From: an uncultured Verrucomicrobiota bacterium
GTDB taxonomy: Bacteria > Verrucomicrobiota > Verrucomicrobiia > Limisphaerales > J093
Assembly (NCBI GenBank): GCA_964411985.1
Contig: CAYPNF010000016.1
Location: forward strand, 26,725 to 90,724
Length of the DNA stretch: 64,000 bases
Reading direction: 5' to 3'
Shown: one piece after another, positions 52,924-63,147 of the stretch
How positions within the stretch are numbered: position 1 is the stretch's first letter
How the letters are laid out: every line of letters starts with the position of its first letter
Made by a program: the position numbers and the translations under genes
The notes under the pieces: generated by a model
Database searches by the model: none
Told to the model about the DNA's origin: nothing
Seen by the model: only the letters and a program-made list of their open reading frames with translations

Positions 52924-55900
52924 ATGCGTATCCTAAAGCCATCTCAAAGCGGCACGGTCCTTACCTGGCTGTTGGCCTTCTGTTTCGCTCTCGAACTCCA
53001 CGCCGCCCCTTCCACCTTCTTCCGGGAAGGTCGCCCCTATACGATTGACACTTGGGAAACGGATGATGGCCTTCCGCAGAGTTCCGTGATCGCCATGACC
53101 CAGACCCAGGACGGTTACCTGTGGCTGGGGACTCTGAACGGGCTGGTTCGTTTCGATGGCCTCCGGTTTACGGTTTTCGACGAGTTCACCACGCCCGGAC
53201 TCCTCAGCAGCCGGATTATCAGCCTTTTTGAAGACGCCCAAACCAACCTCTGGGTCGGCACCGAAACCGCCGGCGTTCACCTCATCCGGGACGGGCACGT
53301 CACCCAAATTGACATCGGGCGGGGATCTCGCGAGGGGCGGCTGCTCTCGGCCTGCCAGGACACGAACGGTGCGGTCTGGCTCTACACCGCCGACGGCCGG
53401 ATCGGGCGTTATCGTGAGGGGGTCCTGAAGCTTTGGCCCCTGGGTCCGGAGCGCCAAAGCCAGAATCGTTCCCTGATCGCCGAAGACTCGGGCCTGATCT
53501 GGGCTGCGAGCCCCTGGCGCCTGTTCGCAATCCAGGCTTCCGGGACCAACGTCGCAGGGAGTGTGATTGAGGAGACCTTCGTGCCGGAGGCGCGCCTCGA
53601 CCTGTTGCTTGCAAGCCGGTCTGGAGGGCATTGGCGGCTGGTGAGCAGCCGCATCCAGAAGTGGCGGGCAAACGAGCTCGAAAAGGACCTCGGACCCTAC
53701 CCTTGGACCAACGCCACCGTTTCGGCCGCGTGCGAGGATCTGCAAGGGAATCTCCTGGTCGGTACCCTGGGAGCAGGCCTGTTCTGGTTCAACACCAATG
53801 GCACCGCCACCTGCATCTCCACCAACCAGGGGCTTTCTCACAACTATATCCTCTCCCTCCACGTCGACCGAGAGGCCTCGCTCTGGGTGGGCACCGATGG
53901 CGGCGGCCTGAACCGGATCAAGCTTCAAAGCCTGGAAACCCTCGACCCCACCCGCGGCCTGGTGGTCCAGTCGGTCGCCGAGAATCCGGACGGATCTCTC
54001 TGGATCGCCACGAATGCCAAAGGTCTGTATGTGTGGAATCATGAGACCCTCGCTCGCCTGGGACCCAGTTACGGACTGCTGAACTCCGACCTCCGCTCCG
54101 TTTTTGTCGATCAGGAGAGCCGGCTCTGGGTCGGCACCTGGGGCAGTGGCCTTGTGCAATTCCTCAACGAGCGCTTCCAGCGTCCCGAGGGTAGTCCTTT
54201 CACCCCCGTGGTTCTCGCCATCCACCAGGACCGCTCCGGCAGGCTTTGGGTGGGGACCCAGGACGGCTTGGTCCGCTATGAAAACGGGACCTGGAGGGTC
54301 TTCACCACCCAAGACGGCCTCTCGGTAAACACCGTGCGTGCCATCGCGGACGATGCCAAAGGCAACCTCTGGATCGGCACGGTGGGCGGCGGCCTCCACC
54401 GTTACCAGGAGGGCCGCATCGCTCCGGTTTTGCACCCGGAGGCTTCCCCTACCGATGACATCTCCTCGCTCTTCGTGGATGCTTCCGGGGCGCTTTGGGT
54501 CGGCACGGTGGGACGCGGTCTTGCCCGGATCGAAGGAGATCGATGCACGCGCTATACCACCCGGGAGGGTCTTGTCAGCAACAGCATCAGCTACCTCATC
54601 GAGGATGACACGCAAAACCTCTGGATCGGATCCAACGCCGGGCTCATGCGCGTGCCGATGGCAGACCTGGTGGCCGTGGCTCAAGGCCGGGCCCGGCAGG
54701 TCTCCTGCCGCAGTTACGGAAAAGCCGACGGGCTGCCCACACGCGAGTGCACGTTGGGTTCGCAGCCCGGACCCTGCCGCACCCGCGGCGGACGCCTCTG
54801 GTTCCCAACGGTGAAGGGTCTGGTTTCCATCGACCCGGCGCAGCTTCAGCCGAATCGGATCCCGCCGCCGATTAGCATCGAAGCCATTTACCTGGACGGG
54901 CAACTGGTCAACACCAACCGGGTTCACGCCCATACGATCCCACCCGTCACCATCCCTGCCGCCAAGGAGCGCCTCGAGATCCATTACACCAGCCTCAACC
55001 TGGCCAATCCAGCCAAAGCCCGCTTCCGCTATCGCCTCGAGCACCATGAGAAGGAATGGACCGAAGCCGGCGACTCCCGCGTGGCCCGATATAGCCGCTT
55101 GCCGGCCGGGAATTACCGTTTCCAGCTCGCAGCCGCCAATGAGGACAACGTGTGGAATGAGGCGAACAGTGGTTTCTCTTTTGTGGTACTTCCCCCTTTC
55201 TATCTCACCTGGTGGTTCCTTTGCGCCTCCGCCGTCACCCTCCTGGGCGCCGTCGTCGCCACCGTGCACTATTTCTCGACCCAAAAACTCCAACGGCAGG
55301 TGCTGCTGCTGCGACACAAGGAAGCCCTGGAGAAGGACCGGGCGCGAATCGCCCGGGATATCCATGACCAGGTCGGGGCGAGCCTGACCCAACTCTCCCT
55401 CTTGGGGGAATTGGTGGAGGCGGACAAGGAAATTCCGCGGGAAATCGAGGAGCACGCGCGCCAAATCTGCCAGACGGCCCGTACCACCACTCATGCCCTC
55501 GATGAGATCGTGTGGACCGTGAACCCATCCAATGACACTCTGGATGGCCTGGTGAATTACCTCTGCAAGTACGCCCAGGACTATCTCGCCGTCGCCAATC
55601 TGCGCTACCGCCTCGAGGTCCCCTCGGACCTTCCGGCACTCGCGGTGTCTCCCGACGTCCGGCACAACGTGTTCCTGGCGGGCAAGGAGGCCATCACGAA
55701 CGTCGTCCGCCATGCAAAGGCTTCGTCCGTCTTTGTCCGTCTTCGGCTCTCGGACACCCAGTTCACGTTCGAAATCGAGGACGATGGCCGTGGAATCGCC
55801 TCGCTCGATCCGAAGGCAGCGCGAACCCGCAACGGCCTTTCCAATATGCGAAAACGCATGGAAGAAGTGGGAGGCTCCTTCGCCATGGAACCTGCCTCAC

Positions 55901-55980
55901 CGTCAGGTCAAGGAACCATCGTCCGCCTGACCGCACCCTTGGCTCCGGGCCTCGCCCCCACCGACCGTCCCACCCCCTGA
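52924..55980 (+). CDS. Hybrid-architecture sensor histidine kinase: periplasmic two-component-regulator propeller repeats plus Y_Y_Y domain, TM, HisKA_3 and HATPase_c
   Basis: Repeated ...LW(V/I)GT... propeller blades (at least 8). Y_Y_Y-like RFRYRLEHHEKEWTEAG...PAGNYRFQL. TM: LTWWFLCASAVTLLGAVVATV. H-box: IARDIHDQVGASLTQL. ATPase: EIEDDGRGI. Confidence 0.85.
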   Translation: MRILKPSQSGTVLTWLLAFCFALELHAAPSTFFREGRPYTIDTWETDDGLPQSSVIAMTQTQDGYLWLGTLNGLVRFDGLRFTVFDEFTTPGLLSSRIISLFEDAQTNLWVGTETAGVHLIRDGHVTQIDIGRGSREGRLLSACQDTNGAVWLYTADGRIGRYREGVLKLWPLGPERQSQNRSLIAEDSGLIWAASPWRLFAIQASGTNVAGSVIEETFVPEARLDLLLASRSGGHWRLVSSRIQKWRANELEKDLGPYPWTNATVSAACEDLQGNLLVGTLGAGLFWFNTNGTATCISTNQGLSHNYILSLHVDREASLWVGTDGGGLNRIKLQSLETLDPTRGLVVQSVAENPDGSLWIATNAKGLYVWNHETLARLGPSYGLLNSDLRSVFVDQESRLWVGTWGSGLVQFLNERFQRPEGSPFTPVVLAIHQDRSGRLWVGTQDGLVRYENGTWRVFTTQDGLSVNTVRAIADDAKGNLWIGTVGGGLHRYQEGRIAPVLHPEASPTDDISSLFVDASGALWVGTVGRGLARIEGDRCTRYTTREGLVSNSISYLIEDDTQNLWIGSNAGLMRVPMADLVAVAQGRARQVSCRSYGKADGLPTRECTLGSQPGPCRTRGGRLWFPTVKGLVSIDPAQLQPNRIPPPISIEAIYLDGQLVNTNRVHAHTIPPVTIPAAKERLEIHYTSLNLANPAKARFRYRLEHHEKEWTEAGDSRVARYSRLPAGNYRFQLAAANEDNVWNEANSGFSFVVLPPFYLTWWFLCASAVTLLGAVVATVHYFSTQKLQRQVLLLRHKEALEKDRARIARDIHDQVGASLTQLSLLGELVEADKEIPREIEEHARQICQTARTTTHALDEIVWTVNPSNDTLDGLVNYLCKYAQDYLAVANLRYRLEVPSDLPALAVSPDVRHNVFLAGKEAITNVVRHAKASSVFVRLRLSDTQFTFEIEDDGRGIASLDPKAARTRNGLSNMRKRMEEVGGSFAMEPASPSGQGTIVRLTAPLAPGLAPTDRPTP

Positions 55981-56001
55981 TTGCCACCCCAACCCACCCT
56001 C

Positions 56002-56631
56002 ATGCCTACGCATATCTCCATCGTTGAGGACCAGGACCAGCTGCGCACGACCCTCGCCAAGGTGATCGACCGCGCGGAAGGCTTCCATTGCGTCAGCCAT
56101 TATCAGAACGCCGAGGCCGCGCTCGAGGACCTACCCAAGGTGAATCCTCAGGTGGTGCTCATGGACATCAATCTTCCCGGGATCAACGGCGTAGAGTGCG
56201 TTCGCCGACTCAAGACGCTTTGCCCCAAAACTCAGGTGATCATGCTCACCGTTTATGAAGACACCGAGAACATCTTCGCCGCGCTCGCGGCGGGTGCTTC
56301 GGGTTATCTGCTCAAACGCACGACCAGTGCTGAGCTCCTGGCAGCCATCAAAGAAGTGTTGGCCGGCGGATCTCCTATGACCGCGCATATCGCCCGTAAA
56401 GTGGTTCTTTCCTTCCAGCAGCCAGCTCCCGCTTCCTCTCCCGCCTCCGAAAACCTGTCCCAACGAGAGCAGGAGGTGCTTGACTGCCTCGCTCAAGGAC
56501 TCATCTACAAAGAGATCGCCGAGAAACTGGGCATTAGTTACGAGACGGTGCACACCTACATTCGCCGCATCTACGAGAAGCTCCAAGTGCGCACCCGCAC
56601 TGAGGCGGTAGCCAAATTCCTTCGCAGGTAG
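56002..56631 (+). CDS. NarL/LuxR-family response regulator
   Basis: Receiver: ISIVEDQ...VLMDINLPGINGVE...MLTVY. LuxR HTH: LSQREQEVLDCLAQGLIYKEIAEKLGISYETVHTYIRRIYEKLQV. A TTG at 55981 is also in frame. Confidence 0.9.
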   Translation: MPTHISIVEDQDQLRTTLAKVIDRAEGFHCVSHYQNAEAALEDLPKVNPQVVLMDINLPGINGVECVRRLKTLCPKTQVIMLTVYEDTENIFAALAAGASGYLLKRTTSAELLAAIKEVLAGGSPMTAHIARKVVLSFQQPAPASSPASENLSQREQEVLDCLAQGLIYKEIAEKLGISYETVHTYIRRIYEKLQVRTRTEAVAKFLRR

Positions 56632-56852
56632 ACTCCCCCTCCCAGAGTGTCCTCCGGTCCTCGTGTCAGGAAAAGCCTGATGCTTTGCAGGTTTTTCCCA
56701 TCTGATCGCACTCCCGAAGGCAGCCGATATACCACCTAGCAGCGTCGTTGACGTGACTTGGGCGAATCTTCCGGTCTGGGAGTGAAAACAGGGTGCGCCC
56801 ACTCTGCAGTTATCTGACGCGCGTATCCCTATTTGAGCAAAACAACCAATCG

Positions 56853-57740
56853 ATGCGTAATGGTATGACCATCCAAACCCCAGGCACAGCACTCACTTTC
56901 CTTAGTCTCTCCTCCCTGGCGATCCCCGCTTGGTGCGCCTCCGATGCGCCTGACAAGTCCCAATACAACCTGTTGAATCCCACTCCCAAAGCGCTCATGC
57001 GCGAGCTGGCCACGGACCGCCCAGACAAAACCGAGAGCGCTTACACGGTCGATGCTGGCCATTTCCAGTTCGAGATGGATGTCGTCAACTGGTCCCACGA
57101 CCGCGACACTTCCGGTGGGGGTGATGTCCGAACCGATACCCTCGGTATTGTGCCTCTCAATCTGAAAGCCGGGCTCTTCAACTGGCTTGATCTTCAAGTG
57201 GTCCTCGACAACTACACTTCCATCCGCACAGAGGATCGCCGTACTGGGGTGAAGAACACCGAATCCGGCTTCGGGGACGTGACCACTCGCCTGAAGATGA
57301 ATCTCTGGGGCAATGATGGAGGCACGACCGCCCTCGCTCTCATGCCTTGGGTGAAAGCACCCACCAGCTCCGCGGGCGTTGGCAATGGTGCCGTGGAAGG
57401 GGGGCTCATCGTTCCCCTGGCCATCTCACTACCAGCTGGTTTTGGACTCGGAATCATGCCCGAGTTTGATTTCATGGAAAACGGCAACGGGGACGGCACC
57501 CACACCGAGTTTGTCAACACCATCACGGTGAGTCACGACATCATCGGAAACCTGGGAGGATTCCTCGAGTTCTACAGCATGGTGAGCACCGAGTCCGGCT
57601 CGGAGTGGGTCGGCACTTTCGATGTCGGCCTCACCTACGGCTTCACCCCCAACACCCAACTGGATGCCGGAGTTCACATCGGAGTCACCGATTCTGCCGA
57701 CGACTGGAACCCGTTTCTGGGATTCTCCATCCGTTTTTGA
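56853..57740 (+). CDS. Outer-membrane beta-barrel protein (MetA-pathway/'phenol degradation'-type transporter family)
   Basis: Signal peptide ...ALTFLSLSSLAIPAWCA. Block LATDRPDKTESAYTVDAGHFQFEMD. Alternating beta-strand pattern and a terminal aromatic residue (GFSIRF). Confidence 0.55.
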   Translation: MRNGMTIQTPGTALTFLSLSSLAIPAWCASDAPDKSQYNLLNPTPKALMRELATDRPDKTESAYTVDAGHFQFEMDVVNWSHDRDTSGGGDVRTDTLGIVPLNLKAGLFNWLDLQVVLDNYTSIRTEDRRTGVKNTESGFGDVTTRLKMNLWGNDGGTTALALMPWVKAPTSSAGVGNGAVEGGLIVPLAISLPAGFGLGIMPEFDFMENGNGDGTHTEFVNTITVSHDIIGNLGGFLEFYSMVSTESGSEWVGTFDVGLTYGFTPNTQLDAGVHIGVTDSADDWNPFLGFSIRF

Positions 57741-57802
57741 TTCCCGCCCCGTAACGCCCCTTTCCTCCGATTCTCCACCCATAACTAGCCACCACCTTAA
57801 GT

Positions 57803-59437
57803 ATGAAACTCAGCGACAAAATCCAAGGCCTCGTTGGTCTGCTCCTCGCCCTTCTCCTCCTCGTGGGAGGGGTTTCCGTCTATGCGATTCGTTCCATCAA
57901 CAGCAAAGCCGATGAAGCCATTCGGCGGTTGTCCGATGCGGCGGACGCCCATCAGCTCACGATTTCGCTGCTGAAACAATACCAGACCCAGGCCGACGCG
58001 ATCATCAACGAGAAAGCGGACGGGAAGGACTTCGAGGAGGCACAAAAGGGGTTCTCCAAGGCCGCAAAGCTCTTTACAGAAATGGCCGATACTGCGGAGG
58101 AGAAAGCCGGAGCCGAAGCCATCGTCAAGGCGGATGAGGCTTTCAAAGCCATCTTCACACAGCAGATCCTGCCGAACATCCAGCGCATAATCGCCACGCA
58201 GGATCTGGCGGAGAAGGGCAAGATTCGCGACGCCATCAAAGTTCTGGACGGCACCAGCGACGAGATTCTCAAAGTGATTGAAGGCCACGCCGAGGAAGGG
58301 CTGTCCTCCTTGGAAGGGGAGGCCAAGTCAGCCCAAAGCAGCTATGTGACTCTTGCCAAGCGCGCGCTGATCTTCCTCTACGCTGGCCTCGCCGTCGCTT
58401 TTGTCCTCGGAACAGGTTTGGCACTCCGCATCTCCACCGGCATCACGAAGGCACTGCGCAACATCGCGGACCGCCTCGCCGCCAGTTCGGATCAGACCGC
58501 TGCTGCCGCCAGCCAGGTCTCCACCGCCAGCCAATCCCTGGCAGAAGGCGCCAGCGAGCAAGCCGCGTCCCTGGAGGAAACGTCCTCCTCCCTCGAAGAG
58601 ATGTCCTCCATCACCAAGCGGAATACGGAGACCGCCCAGAAGGTCAAGGAACTGGCCACCCAAGCCCGTCAAGCTGGAGATGTGGGAAGCGCCGACATGC
58701 AGGAGATGTCCACCGCTATGGACGCCATCAAAACTTCGAGTGCGGACATCGCTAAAATCATAAAGACGATTGATGAAATCGCTTTTCAGACGAACATTCT
58801 CGCCTTGAACGCCGCCGTGGAAGCCGCACGCGCTGGAGAAGCAGGCATGGGGTTCGCCGTGGTGGCGGACGAAGTTCGCAATTTGGCCCAACGATGCGCC
58901 CAGGCCGCCCGTGAGACCGCGGGCAAAATCGAAGACGCGGTCCAAAAGAGTACCCATGGCGTCACCATCAGTTCCAAGGTGGGCGCCAGCCTCCAGGAAA
59001 TCGTTATCAAGGCGAGGCAGGTCGACGAGTTTGCCGCCGAAGTGGCTGCAGCCTCGAAGGAACAAAGCGAGGGAATCGGCCAGGTGTCCAAGGCCATCAC
59101 CGACATGGACAAGGTGACGCAGGGCAATGCCGCGAGCGCCGAAGAGAGCGCCAGTGCAGCGGAAGAGTTGAGCGCGCAGGCGGAATCGCTAAGAGAGGCC
59201 GTTGCCGACTTGCTCGTGTTGGTCAACGGACAAAAGGGCAGCAGGTCCCCTACCCCCATCTCCGCCATGGCTCAGGACTCAGCCCCGTCTCCTTCCCGCA
59301 AGCCGGCCCAGCACCAGTCCCCCGCGTCCACACGGCGGACACAGCTCGCGTCGAAATCTCAGACCATCGAATCGAGCCCCAGCAGCGATCGCCACGGGCA
59401 TGCTAAGACTTCCGAGGAACACTTCATGGACATGTAG
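57803..59437 (+). CDS. Methyl-accepting chemotaxis protein
   Basis: Two TM segments flank a helical sensor, followed by HAMP. Signalling hairpin: IAFQTNILALNAAVEAARAGEAGMGFAVVADEVRNLAQR. Confidence 0.9.
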   Translation: MKLSDKIQGLVGLLLALLLLVGGVSVYAIRSINSKADEAIRRLSDAADAHQLTISLLKQYQTQADAIINEKADGKDFEEAQKGFSKAAKLFTEMADTAEEKAGAEAIVKADEAFKAIFTQQILPNIQRIIATQDLAEKGKIRDAIKVLDGTSDEILKVIEGHAEEGLSSLEGEAKSAQSSYVTLAKRALIFLYAGLAVAFVLGTGLALRISTGITKALRNIADRLAASSDQTAAAASQVSTASQSLAEGASEQAASLEETSSSLEEMSSITKRNTETAQKVKELATQARQAGDVGSADMQEMSTAMDAIKTSSADIAKIIKTIDEIAFQTNILALNAAVEAARAGEAGMGFAVVADEVRNLAQRCAQAARETAGKIEDAVQKSTHGVTISSKVGASLQEIVIKARQVDEFAAEVAAASKEQSEGIGQVSKAITDMDKVTQGNAASAEESASAAEELSAQAESLREAVADLLVLVNGQKGSRSPTPISAMAQDSAPSPSRKPAQHQSPASTRRTQLASKSQTIESSPSSDRHGHAKTSEEHFMDM

Positions 59438-59450
59438 CCACTCGCGTACG

Positions 59451-59476
59451 GGGGGGACCTGGAAAGTCCTCTCCCT
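59451..59476. terminator. Weak candidate hairpin between the convergent MCP and LytTR genes
   Basis: GGGGGGGAC (59451-59459), 7-nt loop, then GTCCTCTCC (59467-59475): a ~9-bp stem including two G-U pairs. No clear U-tract. Confidence 0.2.
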
Positions 59477-59489
59477 TGAGCGCATCTCG

Positions 59490-60263
59490 CTACTTCCCCA
59501 GCAGGTGCTGTAGCTTCTCCCGATACCCGCGGCTCAATGTGAGCCGCGTTCCATTTCTCAGGATCACCGTGTAGTCGCCGTGGAACATCGGCTGCAGTTC
59601 CTTGATGCGCTCCACGTTCACCATCGTGGACCGGCTGATCCTCAGGAACTGGGAAGGGTTCAGGCGCGTCTCCAGGTTCGCCATCGTCTCCCGCAACATG
59701 TGCGACTCGGCGCCTACGTGCAGGTTCAGGTAGTTGTCGTCCGCCTCTACCCAGTCGATTTCTGCCGTTTTGACAAAGAGGACCTTCCCCCCGGACTTGA
59801 TCACCAACCGGTCGCTGGGCTTCGCCTCCGTCTTTGTCTCCGGCCGTAAATCTGCCAGGAGCGCCGTCAGCTTCTGGTTGAGTTCCCCGGTCTGGGCTCG
59901 CTTCAGATGGGTCCGCGCCCGGTCTAAAGCGGTGCGAAAGCGATCACGGTCGAAGGGTTTGAGCAGATAATCCAGCGCGTGTACTTCAAAAGCCTTAATC
60001 GCGTGCTGGCTGAAAGCGGTGACAAAGACAACCACCGGCATGGTCTGAGGCTTTGCCTGCTCGAGGACTTCAAATCCGTCCAACTCGGGCATCTGGATAT
60101 CGAGAAAAACGAGGTCCAAATCCTGGGCCTGCAACATCTCCACCGCCGTGCGTCCGTCCCCACACTCGCCGACGACCTCGATATCCGGCTCACCCTCGAG
60201 GAGGCTCCGGAGTCGTTCTCTGGCCAACGGCTCATCATCCACAATGAGTGTTCGTATTTTCAT
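59490..60263 (-). CDS. LytR/AlgR-family response regulator (receiver plus LytTR DNA-binding domain)
   Basis: MKIRTLIVDDEPLARERL...FLDIQMPELDG. LytTR: VKTAEIDWVEADDNYLNLHVGAESHMLRETMANLE. A TTG at 60326 is in frame, but the ATG at 60263 gives the canonical N-terminus. Confidence 0.9.
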   Translation of the reverse strand: MKIRTLIVDDEPLARERLRSLLEGEPDIEVVGECGDGRTAVEMLQAQDLDLVFLDIQMPELDGFEVLEQAKPQTMPVVVFVTAFSQHAIKAFEVHALDYLLKPFDRDRFRTALDRARTHLKRAQTGELNQKLTALLADLRPETKTEAKPSDRLVIKSGGKVLFVKTAEIDWVEADDNYLNLHVGAESHMLRETMANLETRLNPSQFLRISRSTMVNVERIKELQPMFHGDYTVILRNGTRLTLSRGYREKLQHLLGK

Positions 60264-60328
60264 TTCAGCAACCCCATCGGTCGGGGCGTGACTTCGAATG
60301 TTAGACCTCTCGGTGGGTTTTCCCAACG

Positions 60329-61465
60329 CTAAAGTGGCCGGTTGCCAGCTCCGGCCTGAAAAGGCAATGTGAGCCGTACCGTGAGCCCCTGCGCCTCTCC
60401 AGGAAGATACTCGAAGCTCTGCCTTTTTCCGTACAAGTGCACTAGCCGGGCACGGGTGTTCGCCACTCCCACTCCTTCGCGGGAGAACCCTCCCTTGGGC
60501 ATGCCCCGGCCGTTGTCCCGGACTTCGAGCAACAGCATGGCCCCTTCTCTTCGCGCCCGTAATTCCACCACCCCGGGACGGGCGTTGGGTTCGATACCAT
60601 GCCGAATGGCGTTTTCCACCAAAGGTTGAAGTACCAGGTTGGGCACGCGGGCCTCCCAGGTTTCTTCGGAAATGTCCATGGTTACCGTCAAACGATCCCC
60701 AAAGCGCGTCTGCTCAATTTCCAGGTAACGCCGTAGAAATCCTATTTCTTCGCGCAGGCTGACCTCGTTGGCCTCGGTGTTTTCGAGAGCCAGGCGCAAA
60801 AGGTCGCTCAACCGGGCAATCGTTCGATCCGCCGCATCCACGTCCTTGTGCATCAGGGCGGAGATCGTATGTAACGTGTTGAATAGGAAGTGCGGGTTGA
60901 GTTGCATCTGGAGAGCCATCAACTTCGCCTCTGCCAGCCGCCGTTCCAACTCCGCCGTTCGCCATTCGCGTTCGTTAAACTTCCGGTAGTAGTCGAACGC
61001 CAGCGTCACGGTAACAATAATCCAGTAGACCAGAAGGTTGAAGAACGAGTTCTTGACGAAGAGCCGCTCCAGGCTGCCGGAGAATGTCAGCGGCATTCCC
61101 AGGGACGGTCCCTGCAGTTGGCCTACTCCAGAACGCAGTACCACATAAGCCACGCAGATGAGCGTGCTCGCCGTGAAGTGGATCACCACCAACTTCTCCC
61201 AATTCCGCTGGTGCAAAGGAAACCGGCGTGCAAACCAAATGACCGGCACGGAGAGAACCGCCCACACGTACCAGTCGGCCAAGGTAATGCCAATCGCCTG
61301 GCGCCAAGTAATCCAATGGTCCCCAAACAGTGAGCTGGAAACATAGAACTGACTGGCGAAACAAAGCCCAATCACCGTCCAAAACCCAACAAAAAGGGCC
61401 GCTTTCAACCAGTACCTGCTAATCCAGTCCCGGAGCTGCATCGCCAATCCAAAACCAATGCCCAT
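60329..61465 (-). CDS. LytS/YehU-type sensor histidine kinase (His_kinase PF06580-type)
   Basis: Four to five TM segments, then LQMQLNPHFLFNTLHTISALMHKD and the ATPase block LEVRDNGRGM. The start is uncertain (TTG 61492, ATG 61465 or ATG 61441). Confidence 0.85.
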   Translation of the reverse strand: MGIGFGLAMQLRDWISRYWLKAALFVGFWTVIGLCFASQFYVSSSLFGDHWITWRQAIGITLADWYVWAVLSVPVIWFARRFPLHQRNWEKLVVIHFTASTLICVAYVVLRSGVGQLQGPSLGMPLTFSGSLERLFVKNSFFNLLVYWIIVTVTLAFDYYRKFNEREWRTAELERRLAEAKLMALQMQLNPHFLFNTLHTISALMHKDVDAADRTIARLSDLLRLALENTEANEVSLREEIGFLRRYLEIEQTRFGDRLTVTMDISEETWEARVPNLVLQPLVENAIRHGIEPNARPGVVELRARREGAMLLLEVRDNGRGMPKGGFSREGVGVANTRARLVHLYGKRQSFEYLPGEAQGLTVRLTLPFQAGAGNRPL

Positions 61466-61520
61466 TCTGGTTCCCGTATTTCGGTTCGCCAAAACGAGCT
61501 GTTGAAGCTAATTTCACCCC

Positions 61521-61826
61521 ATGCGACCGGTCGATATCCAGCAAATTGGTGCGGAACTAGCCATCAAGTGGGACGATGGGGAGGAGACCTTCTTCCCTCT
61601 CCAGGCTCTGCGGGAGGCATGCCCGTGCGCGGGTTGCCAGGGAGAGGTGGATGTGCTTGGGCAAGTACACCGCAGTCCTCAGAAGCCCCTTGCGCGCTCC
61701 GCTTTCGAACTTCGCTCCATCCAACCGGTGGGAGGATATGCGCTCCAGCCCGTTTGGGGGGATGGACATTCCTCCGGGCTCTATGCCTTCCCCTTTCTGA
61801 GGGAGCTGGCCAAAGCAAAGAGCTGA
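61521..61826 (+). CDS. DUF971 family protein (gamma-butyrobetaine-hydroxylase-like N-terminal domain)
   Basis: LAIKWDDGEETFFPLQALREACPCAGC...IQPVGGYALQPVWGDGHSSGLYAFPFLREL is the typical DUF971 pattern. Confidence 0.7.
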   Translation: MRPVDIQQIGAELAIKWDDGEETFFPLQALREACPCAGCQGEVDVLGQVHRSPQKPLARSAFELRSIQPVGGYALQPVWGDGHSSGLYAFPFLRELAKAKS

Positions 61827-61851
61827 ACCAAGTGCCCGTACACCACCAAGC

Positions 61852-62961
61852 TCAGGTCATGCGCATGGGCATGATCACATAAAGGAAGGGGCCATTGACT
61901 TTCACCACGCCGGGGCTGAGCTCGTCCGTCAGCTCGAAGAACACTTCGTCGTGATCCAGGGCCTTCAGCGCATCCAATAAGAAACTTGGATTGAAAGCGA
62001 CCGCGATATCCGGGCCCTTGTAATTGATGGCCATGCTCTCGCGCGCCTCCCCTACGTCCGGGGTGTTCGAGGTGATGGAGAGATTGTTCTTGGTGAACGC
62101 AAGTTTGACGGAATTGGACTTGTCACTGGTCATGATCTCCGCACGGCGCAGCGCTTGCAGGAACTCCTCCCGAATCAGCGGAACCCTTTCCTTCGATTCC
62201 GCCGGGATGACCTGCCGATAGTTGGGATACGTTCCCTCAACCAGTTTGGTGATCAGCAGAACATTGAAGCCCTTGTCATCACGAAGATTGAAAGCCGCCT
62301 GATTCTCCGTAAAGACGATCTGCAAATCGCCCTTGTCTTGGAGCAGCCGCGTCAATTCATTGACCGCTTTCGTGGGAATGATGAACTCAGCCTGATTCTC
62401 TGGCCCAATCTCCACCTCTTCATCCGCCAAAGCCAGCCGCCGACCGTCAGTGGCCACCATGGTGACTTTGTGCTCCTTGAAACTCAGGAACAAACCGTTC
62501 AGGACATACCTCGTCTCGTCCGTGGAAACCGCGAAGCCGGTCCGCTTCATCATGACCTTCATCTTATCCTGCGGCAGACAGATGCTGGTGCGGTCCGCGA
62601 ACTGGGGCATCGGGGGAAAATCCTCAGGAGGAAGCCCGCTCATCTTGAAGAAGGAAGAACCGGAACGAATCGAACAACTCTGCTTCTCGTCCACCTCAAT
62701 CTCGATCTCCATCGTTCCCAACTCCCGGACGATGCTGAACAACTTCTTGGCGGGAAGCGTGGTCCCCCCGGGGCGAGTCACGGTGGCGCTCACGGAACAG
62801 GAGACAGTGACATCCAAGTCGGTGGCGGTCAGCGCGAGACGGTTTTCCTCGGCGCGCAAGAGAACGTTGGATAGAATCGGGAGTGTCGTCCGGCTACCGA
62901 CAACGTTCTGGACTGCCTGTAGGCCATTGAGAATCTGGTCTTTGGCAATTGTGATTTTCAT
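61852..62961 (-). CDS. dnaN: DNA polymerase III beta sliding clamp
   Basis: MKITIAKDQILNGLQAVQNVVGSRTTLPILSNVLLRAEENRLALTATDLD... and the C-terminus PFLYVIMPMRM are canonical DnaN. Confidence 0.95.
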   Translation of the reverse strand: MKITIAKDQILNGLQAVQNVVGSRTTLPILSNVLLRAEENRLALTATDLDVTVSCSVSATVTRPGGTTLPAKKLFSIVRELGTMEIEIEVDEKQSCSIRSGSSFFKMSGLPPEDFPPMPQFADRTSICLPQDKMKVMMKRTGFAVSTDETRYVLNGLFLSFKEHKVTMVATDGRRLALADEEVEIGPENQAEFIIPTKAVNELTRLLQDKGDLQIVFTENQAAFNLRDDKGFNVLLITKLVEGTYPNYRQVIPAESKERVPLIREEFLQALRRAEIMTSDKSNSVKLAFTKNNLSITSNTPDVGEARESMAINYKGPDIAVAFNPSFLLDALKALDHDEVFFELTDELSPGVVKVNGPFLYVIMPMRMT

Positions 62962-63147
62962 GCAGGCTTAATTAGAGAGTATTCCAGTAAAAGGAACCGT
63001 CTTATTAAGAGCTGTGAATAGAGCAAACAACCGTTGTTGTCAAGTTTGCCTCAAGGGTTTACAGCGGTTTTGAGAAGGCCAATAACTCCGGGGCTTTCCA
63101 CCAATAGCTGTGGGTAATCCCTCCTCCCCGAGTTGTCCGGAGCTTAT

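Noticed and set aside
52933-55713. 926-aa ORF on the - strand
   Set aside because: It is antisense to the propeller/HisKA_3 histidine kinase. The composition is low-complexity (Gly/Arg/Pro/Ala) and no domain is recognisable.
62962-63147. Calling this region oriC outright
   Set aside because: Only three degenerate DnaA-box-like 9-mers are present, with no obvious AT-rich unwinding element or adjacent dnaA. It is kept as a low-confidence finding, not a feature.
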